Source: Candidatus Saccharibacteria bacterium UBA2951 (lineage in GTDB: Bacteria; Patescibacteriota; Saccharimonadia; Saccharimonadales; Saccharimonadaceae). Taken from it: 64,000 nt of DNA. Of the stretch, positions 9,498 through 16,795 are shown piece by piece. A model generated the notes under the pieces. It did no database searches and was not told where the DNA came from. It saw only the letters and a list, made by a program, of their open reading frames with translations. The DNA is taken from NCBI GenBank assembly GCA_002348615.1, contig DEBR01000003.1:12268-76267 (forward strand), in the 5' to 3' direction. A program made the position numbers and the translations under genes. Every line of letters begins with the position of its first letter. Position 1 is the stretch's first letter.

Positions 9498-9713
9498 ATG
9501 GTACAAGTCACACGTAAAGACGAGCGCGAAGCAAACGAAAACGTTATTCGCCGCTTCAACCGCAAGGTATTGCAGAGCGGTGTGTTAAGCACTGCCAAAG
9601 CAAGCATGCGGTTCAGCAAACCTATCAGCAAAACCGAACGACGCAACAAGGCGATCATCCGTAAAGCCCGCAAGGCTGACAAGATGGCCAAAATGCGCCT
9701 TGGAGTACGCTAG
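9498..9713 (+). CDS. rpsU: 30S ribosomal protein S21
   Basis: ENVIRRFNRKV..SG, basic 71-aa protein, adjacent to yqeY. Confidence 0.85.
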   Translation: MVQVTRKDEREANENVIRRFNRKVLQSGVLSTAKASMRFSKPISKTERRNKAIIRKARKADKMAKMRLGVR

Positions 9714-10169
9714 TTGGCTCTCGCTGAAACAATCCAAAACGATTTGAAAGCCGCTTTGTTAAGCGGCGATCGTTTTAAAGGGGACGTTTTGCGCAGCCTG
9801 AAGGCGGCGATATTGAACGAAGAAGTAGCCTTAGGTAAGCGTGATACCGGCTTGCCTGACGAAGAGATTGAGAAAATCGTGGCGAAGGAAGTCAAAAAAC
9901 GTCAGGAAAGCGTCCGGCTATACGAAGAAAACGACCGACCGGAGCTCGCCGCGACCGAAAAAGAAGAAATCGCTGTGCTGGAAACATATTTGCCTAAGCA
10001 GCTGAGCGAAGCGGAAGTTACTGACATCGTGACGCAGACAATCGATGAGATGGGCGCGACAGGTATGCAGTCGATGGGGCTTGTCATCAAGGCCGTCAAA
10101 GATAAAGTCGGTAATACCGCCGACGGCGCCATGGTCGCGAGAGTCGTTAAGAACAAACTACCTAACTGA
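9714..10169 (+). CDS. GatB/YqeY domain protein
   Basis: KEVKKRQES, YLPKQLSE and ADG motifs; TTG start. Confidence 0.92.
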   Translation: MALAETIQNDLKAALLSGDRFKGDVLRSLKAAILNEEVALGKRDTGLPDEEIEKIVAKEVKKRQESVRLYEENDRPELAATEKEEIAVLETYLPKQLSEAEVTDIVTQTIDEMGATGMQSMGLVIKAVKDKVGNTADGAMVARVVKNKLPN

Positions 10170-10184
10170 TACAATAAGAAGCAT

Positions 10185-10739
10185 ATGATTATATTCTTTG
10201 GACCGACCGGCGCCGGAAAAAGTGTGCAAGGTCAAATGATCGCTGCCAGGCATGATTGGGACTGGCTTTCGACCGGACAATTGCTGCGTGACAGCAACGA
10301 CCCGACAATCATACAAATATTGAAATCAGGTGACCTGGTGAGCGATGGCGTAACGTATGATGTCTTTCATAAGGCGATTCAAGAGGCGAAAGACGAGGGG
10401 TTCTCGAACGTCATCGTCGATGGATTCCCCCGTACCAAGGCGCAGGCAGAGTGGCTGTCGAAGTACATGGACATGAACGGCGACAAGATAGATCTTGTCA
10501 TCGTGCTTGAAGTCCCGGAATCGGAAATCATGAAGCGACTCGAACTTCGCGGTCGCATGGAAGACACGCCGGAAACGATTGCGAAACGTATGGCGATTTA
10601 CCGACAGAAGATGTACCCGGTGCTTGGGTTGTTCGCCGAGCAGCACATTAAGATCGTCCATATCGATGGTACCGGTACGGTGGGCGAAGTCCACGACAAA
10701 ATCCAGGCAGAGATAGAAGCCAGCGGATTAGGGTCATAA
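10185..10739 (+). CDS. adk: Adenylate kinase (short, LID-less type)
   Basis: GPTGAGKS, STGQLLR, DGFPRT and RGRMED motifs; adk-map order. Confidence 0.9.
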   Translation: MIIFFGPTGAGKSVQGQMIAARHDWDWLSTGQLLRDSNDPTIIQILKSGDLVSDGVTYDVFHKAIQEAKDEGFSNVIVDGFPRTKAQAEWLSKYMDMNGDKIDLVIVLEVPESEIMKRLELRGRMEDTPETIAKRMAIYRQKMYPVLGLFAEQHIKIVHIDGTGTVGEVHDKIQAEIEASGLGS

Positions 10740-11500
10740 TGACGCAGCCGAAAAAAAGTCCTGAACAAATTCAGGCAATGCGCGAAGGTGGCCGTATACT
10801 CGCGACAATTTTTGATGGCCTCCGTAAACAACTCAAGCCTGGCATGACCGGAATAGAGGCCGATGCGTGGGTGGATAGCGAAATAAAACGGCACGGAGCC
10901 GAAGCTACCTACAAGACTGCCGAAGTCGGATTTCCGGCTGCTATCTGTATTAGCGTCAACGACGCTATTGTGCATGGCGTGCCAACCGACGAGCCTTTTA
11001 AGACCGGTGATATCGTCGGGTTCGACCTCGTCATTACCTACAAAGGTATGAAGACTGATTCAGCATTTACTGCCGTGATTGGTGATGAACCTGGTGGCGC
11101 GGTCAAACATCTGCTTAAGAACACCGAGCGGAGCCTGTATGCCGGCATCGACGCCATCAAAGGCGAGGGAACGCACATCGGCGATATTTCGGCAGCCGTT
11201 GAAAAAGTGCTGACGGACGCTAATCTTGGAATCGTGAAAGAATTGGTCGGACACGGTGTCGGCACAAGTATGCATATGCCTCCGGAAGTACCGAACTATG
11301 GAACGGCTGGAACCGGACCGACGCTCAGGGTGGGTGACACGATTGCGATCGAACCGATGGCGACGCTTGGCGACGGACGGGTGAAGGGACCTTTGGACGA
11401 CGACTGGACGTACGCGAGCCGAGACGGAAGCCTAACGGCACACTTTGAACACACCGTGCTCATCACCGAAACCGGTGCTGACATTCTAACTACTTTATAG
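10739..11500 (+). CDS. map: Methionine aminopeptidase type I
   Basis: CISVNDAIVHGVP, GHGVG, IEPM and AHFEHT motifs. Confidence 0.96.
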   Translation: MTQPKKSPEQIQAMREGGRILATIFDGLRKQLKPGMTGIEADAWVDSEIKRHGAEATYKTAEVGFPAAICISVNDAIVHGVPTDEPFKTGDIVGFDLVITYKGMKTDSAFTAVIGDEPGGAVKHLLKNTERSLYAGIDAIKGEGTHIGDISAAVEKVLTDANLGIVKELVGHGVGTSMHMPPEVPNYGTAGTGPTLRVGDTIAIEPMATLGDGRVKGPLDDDWTYASRDGSLTAHFEHTVLITETGADILTTL

Positions 11501-11529
11501 TTTTTGGCACCAATGCTACAATCAAGCTT

Positions 11530-12789
11530 ATGCAAGAAAACTCTCGATATGCCGTAGGGATTGACATCGGTACGTCTACCATCCGGTGCGTCGTGGGACA
11601 TATCGATGGCGAAGGTGGAAACCCGACCATCGTCGGTGTCGGCTCAGCGCCGAACGCCGGCATGCGAAAGGGTGTCGTGGCCAATCTTAGCGGTCCGGCA
11701 GCGGCAATCGACACCGCTCTAGGTGAAGCCGAGCGGATGAGCGGCTATCAGGTAGACTACGCGACCATCAGTATCAATGGTTCGCACATCGTCAGTGTCA
11801 AAGCCGACGGCATGATAGCAGTGGGCGCTATGGATCACGAGGTCAACCGTGACGACCTGCTTAGGATCGAAGACGTTGCGACCGTTGGAAAAGTTCCGGC
11901 CAACCGCGAAATCCTTGAGGTCGTGCCGCATAGCTACCGTCTGGATGGACAAGATAATATTAAGGACCCGCTCGGTATGACCGGAACCCGGCTTGAAATC
12001 CGTGCCAACGTAGTATCGGCGCTTGCGCCGCACCTGCATAACCTGCAAAAAACGGCTGAAATGGCCAAGGTAGACGCGCACACTATCATACCAAGCGTAC
12101 TGGCTGGTGCTAAGGCGGTACTTAAAGAACAGCAGATTGAGAATGGTGTCGCCGTGATTGATATGGGCGCCACAACTACTGGGGTCGCAGTGTTTGAAGA
12201 GGGTGACTTACAATACGTTGGCGTCGTACCAGCCGGCGGCGCGAACATTACGAACGACCTCGCAATCGGCCTCAAGACTGACCCCGAAGTCGCTGAAAAG
12301 GTAAAAGTCGGCCATGCTATCGCTACCGGCCGAGGCTCTGTCGAAGGTATCAGTATCAAAGACGGCGAAGAAATCCATACGTTCAGTACGGCGGATATCG
12401 ACGAGATCGTCGAAGCAAGGCTTGAAGAAATTTTTGAAGCAGTACAGGGCGAGCTGAAAAAAGCCGGCCGTGCCGGACAGCTGCCAAGCGGCGTCGTGCT
12501 CATTGGCGGCGGCGCTAACATGAAAAAAATCGCCGATTTCGCCAAAGAAAAACTTGGCCTTGCCGCCCGTGTCGGTCATGCTGCGGGGCTAGGAGGGGCA
12601 GTCGAAAACATTGAACAACCCGAGTATGCAGTCGCTTGCGGACTTATGCTCGTAGATGGTGGGAATATTTCTGATAACAGGGGTAAAAATGGTGCTCATT
12701 CGGCTGGTCGCGGTTCAAAGGCCGCCAAAGATTCCCTGAAAAAAGCGAGCAATGGCGCTCGAAAATTCCTTGGCCGATTCAAGGTTTAA
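11530..12789 (+). CDS. ftsA: Cell division protein FtsA
   Basis: GIDIGTS, IDMGATTT, AEKVK and IGGGA actin-fold motifs; precedes ftsZ. Confidence 0.96.
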   Translation: MQENSRYAVGIDIGTSTIRCVVGHIDGEGGNPTIVGVGSAPNAGMRKGVVANLSGPAAAIDTALGEAERMSGYQVDYATISINGSHIVSVKADGMIAVGAMDHEVNRDDLLRIEDVATVGKVPANREILEVVPHSYRLDGQDNIKDPLGMTGTRLEIRANVVSALAPHLHNLQKTAEMAKVDAHTIIPSVLAGAKAVLKEQQIENGVAVIDMGATTTGVAVFEEGDLQYVGVVPAGGANITNDLAIGLKTDPEVAEKVKVGHAIATGRGSVEGISIKDGEEIHTFSTADIDEIVEARLEEIFEAVQGELKKAGRAGQLPSGVVLIGGGANMKKIADFAKEKLGLAARVGHAAGLGGAVENIEQPEYAVACGLMLVDGGNISDNRGKNGAHSAGRGSKAAKDSLKKASNGARKFLGRFKV

Positions 12790-12880
12790 TATTCTTGTTC
12801 AAGGGTGATATACTTGGAATGAGCAAACATTTTGAATAGGGAAAATGAAAGATTTTCAGTAGGAAAGTGGGTAGTGATTA

Positions 12881-14086
12881 ATGCCTGAAGTCAAACCAAG
12901 CGAAATACAGACATTTGCCAGCATAAAAGTAGTTGGTGTTGGTGGCGCCGGAGGCTCGGCCGTCAACCGCATGAAAGACGCGGGACTTCAGGGAGTCCAG
13001 TTCATAGCTATGAACACGGACGCGCAGGCGCTTCATAACTCGAAAGCGGATGTAAAGATTCACCTCGGTAAGGACGCTACCGGCGGACTTGGAGCCGGTG
13101 CTGATCCTGCGGTCGGCGAGCAGGCGGCCATGGAGTCACGGGAAGACATCAAGGGTGCACTTGAAGGCGCCGACATGGTCTTCGTAACCATCGGTGCCGG
13201 TGGTGGGACCGGTTCTGGAGCCGGTCATATCGTGGCCGAAGTTGCCCGTGAACTTGGAATACTTGTGGTCGGTGTTGCCACTAAACCGTTTAGCTTTGAG
13301 GGCGAAAAACGCCGTGTGAATGCCGATTGGGCCGTCGCGCAGCTTGGCCGTCAGGTTGACACCATGATTACCATTCCAAACGACAGACTCCTTCAGACGA
13401 TAGACCGACGTACGCCACTGCTTGAAACGTTTAAGATCGCCGATGACGTGCTACGCCAGGGTGTGCAGGGCATTTCGGAGCTGATTACGGAGCACGGACT
13501 GATTAACCTGGACTTCGCCGACGTAAAAGCTATTATGAGCAACGCGGGTTCGGCTCTTATGGGTATTGGTCGCGCCAGCGGTGATGACCGTGCGTCTCAA
13601 GCCGCTCAGCAAGCCATTGAAAGTCCGCTTATCGAAGTCAGTATCGACGGCGCCAAGGGCGTGCTATTTAATGTCACCGGTGGCTACGACATGAGCATGA
13701 GCGAAATCCAGGAAGCGGCCGAAATCATTACTTCTGCAGTATCTCCGGACGCCAACATTATCTTCGGGGCTACTCTTAAACCTGAACTGGAAGACGAACT
13801 GATTATCACCGTCATCGCGACCGGTTTTGACAGCGCTTACTTTGAAGAGCAGGCAGCGAACATGAGCATGCCGAACCCTTCGGAAGCGAAACCCGGCGTG
13901 ACAGGAACGGAAGTCGACGAGAAAATGGTCGAATCGGTTAATCTTGAACTCGACAAAGAAGACCCGGCAGCATCATTCGCCGACGACACGCCGGCAACTG
14001 ATATCTGGAACCAACCGGAAGAAGACGAGGACGACACGCCTGCATTCTTGCGCCGTCGCAAAAAGAAGAACAACGATAAGGAATAG
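12881..14086 (+). CDS. ftsZ: Cell division protein FtsZ
   Basis: GGGTGSG, NLDFAD and C-terminal DTPAFLRR. Confidence 0.98.
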   Translation: MPEVKPSEIQTFASIKVVGVGGAGGSAVNRMKDAGLQGVQFIAMNTDAQALHNSKADVKIHLGKDATGGLGAGADPAVGEQAAMESREDIKGALEGADMVFVTIGAGGGTGSGAGHIVAEVARELGILVVGVATKPFSFEGEKRRVNADWAVAQLGRQVDTMITIPNDRLLQTIDRRTPLLETFKIADDVLRQGVQGISELITEHGLINLDFADVKAIMSNAGSALMGIGRASGDDRASQAAQQAIESPLIEVSIDGAKGVLFNVTGGYDMSMSEIQEAAEIITSAVSPDANIIFGATLKPELEDELIITVIATGFDSAYFEEQAANMSMPNPSEAKPGVTGTEVDEKMVESVNLELDKEDPAASFADDTPATDIWNQPEEDEDDTPAFLRRRKKKNNDKE

Positions 14087-14100
14087 GAGGCTTGTAGTCT

Positions 14101-14550
14101 ATGCCAGCCCCGCTGAACATCGGTGACAGCCGCGTCCTGGAGTCGCGAGAGGTTGGTGATGGCAAAACCATCCGCCGCCGCCGTGAGACACCTGATGGAC
14201 GCCGTTTTACGACCTATGAGCGGATAGAAAAGCCGAACCTGGCCGTGATTAAAAAAGATGGCTCGCGAGAACTGTTCGATCGCGACAAGCTGGCCAGTGC
14301 CATTAAGCAGTCCGTAGGAAAATTCTTTTCAAGCGAAGTCGAAGTCGAAGAAATCGTAACCGACGTTGAAGATGCGATTTATAACATTGGCGATAGTGAA
14401 GTATTTTCTAAACAGATCGGCGCCATGGTGCTCGACAAGCTTGAGGAGCGCAACCAGGTGGCGTATGTGCGATTCGCTAGCGTCTTCCATGATTTCAAGA
14501 CGCTCGATGACTTCGTCGAGATACTCGCTAAGCGCCAGAAGAAAAAATAA
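14101..14550 (+). CDS. nrdR: Transcriptional repressor NrdR (zinc-ribbon cysteines absent)
   Basis: SRVLESR, IRRRRE, RFTTYE, ATP-cone VIKKDG and VAYVRFASV. Confidence 0.93.
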   Translation: MPAPLNIGDSRVLESREVGDGKTIRRRRETPDGRRFTTYERIEKPNLAVIKKDGSRELFDRDKLASAIKQSVGKFFSSEVEVEEIVTDVEDAIYNIGDSEVFSKQIGAMVLDKLEERNQVAYVRFASVFHDFKTLDDFVEILAKRQKKK

Positions 14551-14807
14551 TGAAGGCCGTTATTATTTATAGACCGGAAAGTGACCACGCCCGCGCGGTC
14601 GAGGATTATCTGCGAGATTTCTCGAGACAGACCGGGCGCGAACTTGAAACCATGGACCCAGACACCTCGGATGGTGCCGAATTATGCCGAGTCTACGATA
14701 TCGTTGAATACCCCAGCGTCATCGCGTTATCTGATGACGGCCAGTTGCAGAATAACTGGCGCGGTCTGCCACTACCAACTATTTCCGAGCTAAGTTACTA
14801 TACATAA
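14550..14807 (+). CDS. Small thioredoxin/glutaredoxin-like hypothetical protein without CxxC
   Basis: Coupled to nrdR (TAATG); YDIVEYPSVIA cis-Pro-type motif. Confidence 0.7.
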   Translation: MKAVIIYRPESDHARAVEDYLRDFSRQTGRELETMDPDTSDGAELCRVYDIVEYPSVIALSDDGQLQNNWRGLPLPTISELSYYT

Positions 14808-14808
14808 T

Positions 14809-15438
14809 ATGAAACGATTTATCGACTTTTTCCGACACGAAGACAAAAAATTACGCGATAACCGCTGGATTTTCGCCAGCATGCTCGTCGGGTCGATACT
14901 AAGCCTGATAGCTTCGTTCGTGCTTAGCCAAGAGGCGATCCAATTGGCCAAAAATCCCGACGCGCCACTGTCATGCAGCGTGAATATCGTGCTGAACTGC
15001 GCGACGGTCGCGAACCATCCGACGGCATCGATGTTCGGATTCCCGAACAGCTTCCTTGGGATGATGGCCGAGCCTGTCGTGATTACCGTGGCGATCGCCG
15101 GTCTGGCTGGCATTAGGTTTCCACGGAAGTTCTTGTACGCCGCTGAAATCGGGTATACGATCGGGCTGCTTTACGCTCTGCTTCTGTTCGGTATCAGCTT
15201 CTTTGTCATTCAGGCGCTATGCCCGTGGTGCCTGTTGGTCACGCTCACGACTATCCTGGTGTGGTTTGCGATGACCCGGTATAACATTCGCGAAAATAAT
15301 TTGTATTTACCCAAAAAACTCCAAGCAAAGCTGCATGCGTACGTTGAAAAAGATTACGACAAGCTCGTCATGTTCGGATTAATCGTCGCGCTAATCGTCG
15401 CGATCCTGGTGAAATACGGCGATGGTATTTTTGTCTAA
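14809..15438 (+). CDS. Vitamin K epoxide reductase (VKOR) family disulfide-bond formation protein
   Basis: CSVNIVLNC loop cysteines, FGFPNS, CPWC active site and TM helices. Confidence 0.92.
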   Translation: MKRFIDFFRHEDKKLRDNRWIFASMLVGSILSLIASFVLSQEAIQLAKNPDAPLSCSVNIVLNCATVANHPTASMFGFPNSFLGMMAEPVVITVAIAGLAGIRFPRKFLYAAEIGYTIGLLYALLLFGISFFVIQALCPWCLLVTLTTILVWFAMTRYNIRENNLYLPKKLQAKLHAYVEKDYDKLVMFGLIVALIVAILVKYGDGIFV

Positions 15439-16327
15439 AATTTCTAAGGTAAGTAACCAAACGGCCGCGTTAATCGTATTCGTTGCTTGGTATTTGTCGG
15501 CGGCAGTCACGACACTCTTCGTTACCGGGTTTTTTCAGAGGATAGCGCTGCTAATGACCTGGATGTTCGCCTATGTACTGGTGTTCATGACAGCCGCTTT
15601 CATCGTGTCTTGGAAGCTTAAACGCACCGACATCGTTGACATCGCATGGGGGCCGGCATTCGTCGTTGCCGCGGTCGCAAGCTTTCTGATGAACAGCTAC
15701 GACCTTCCTATCGGTTTGAACGTACAGACGCTTGTGACCGTCTTGGTTATCCTATGGGCGGCTCGGTTAAGCTACGCCATGTGGGGACGAATCAGGAATC
15801 ACTCCGAAGACAAGCGCTACCAGCAACTTCGCCGCACCTGGAAGGGCAACCTGGCGCTTAATACCTACCTCCGCATTTTTGTCGTCCAAGGGCTGCTGGC
15901 AACGGTCATTTCTATCGCCGTCATCCACATAAACACTTCGCTTCCGACACCGCTCGATACGTTCGCGTACGGCGGCCTGGCCATCTGGCTTATCGGTTTT
16001 CTGTTTGAAGCAGTCGGTGATTTGCAGCTGAAACGGTTTCTGGCGAATCCAAAGAATAAAGGCAAGCTGATGACCGAGGGGCTCTGGAAGTACACTCGCC
16101 ATCCGAACTACTTTGGCGAAGCAACCATGTGGCTCGGTATTTTCATTATCGCGCTCTCGACGCCGTACGGCTGGGTCGCCGTCATCGCGCCGGTGCTCAT
16201 CATGTACCTGCTTCTGTTCGTGTCAGGCGTGCCGCTTACGGAAAAATCATTTGAATCCAAGCCGGGCTGGCAAGCATACAAAAAACGCACCAGCAAGTTC
16301 GTGCCGCTGCCACCGAACCCTGAATGA
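15422..16327 (+). CDS. DUF1295 / steroid 5-alpha-reductase-like membrane protein
   Basis: VDIAWG, EDKRY and GLWKYTRHPNYFGE motifs; start uncertain. Confidence 0.9.
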   Translation: MVFLSKISKVSNQTAALIVFVAWYLSAAVTTLFVTGFFQRIALLMTWMFAYVLVFMTAAFIVSWKLKRTDIVDIAWGPAFVVAAVASFLMNSYDLPIGLNVQTLVTVLVILWAARLSYAMWGRIRNHSEDKRYQQLRRTWKGNLALNTYLRIFVVQGLLATVISIAVIHINTSLPTPLDTFAYGGLAIWLIGFLFEAVGDLQLKRFLANPKNKGKLMTEGLWKYTRHPNYFGEATMWLGIFIIALSTPYGWVAVIAPVLIMYLLLFVSGVPLTEKSFESKPGWQAYKKRTSKFVPLPPNPE

Positions 16328-16338
16328 TTCGTGTGATA

Positions 16339-16367
16339 TTGAATCTCCCGCCCCTTAGCGGTACAAT
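16339..16367 (+). promoter_or_regulatory. sigma70-type promoter of the ileS leader
   Basis: TTGAAT-N17-TACAAT. Confidence 0.7.
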
Positions 16368-16373
16368 CTAAGT

Positions 16374-16557
16374 AATCCGCCGAGAGGCTATCAACCTCGA
16401 ATTCATTCGAATGCGGAGCGGGAAGAACCGCCCTTACGGCTTAGTAGACCCCGCCGCGAACGCTGCGACAAAGCGATCAAATAAGTGCTAAGAGTCCTTT
16501 CTTAGAAACCGGATGGTACCTCCCGCATAGGGATCCGGTGTCGAAGAAGGGATTTTT
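16374..16557 (+). promoter_or_regulatory. T-box riboswitch (tRNA-Ile), ultrashort Stem I type
   Basis: AUC specifier (16390-92) in a terminal loop; Stem II with GAA/AGUA S-turn; IIA/B pseudoknot (CGCU/AGCG); Stem III CUAAGA/UCUUAG; CCGGA-UGGUACC-UCCC/GGGA-UCCGG T-box helix; upstream of ileS. Confidence 0.85.
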
Positions 16558-16570
16558 AATTGGAGAAAAT

Positions 16571-16795
16571 ATGACAGAACAATACGTACCACCATCCGAC
16601 CCAGAACGCGAACGAGCCCAGGCATTCGTGAATGTCGTCGAACAATACCTACCGGATGACAAAGAGTTCATCTTGGATATGGATGAGGAAGAAGCGCTGG
16701 GTTACGTGTACGGTATGTTGATTGAAATGGGTGAAGACCCGGACGTAGTGCTCCGCGAATTCGGTGTGACAGAGGAGGGTGATGATGAAGTTTAA
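16571..16795 (+). CDS. Small acidic hypothetical protein between T-box and ileS
   Basis: GGAG RBS then ATG at 16571; 74 aa; 3' end overlaps the ileS start. Confidence 0.7.
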   Translation: MTEQYVPPSDPERERAQAFVNVVEQYLPDDKEFILDMDEEEALGYVYGMLIEMGEDPDVVLREFGVTEEGDDEV

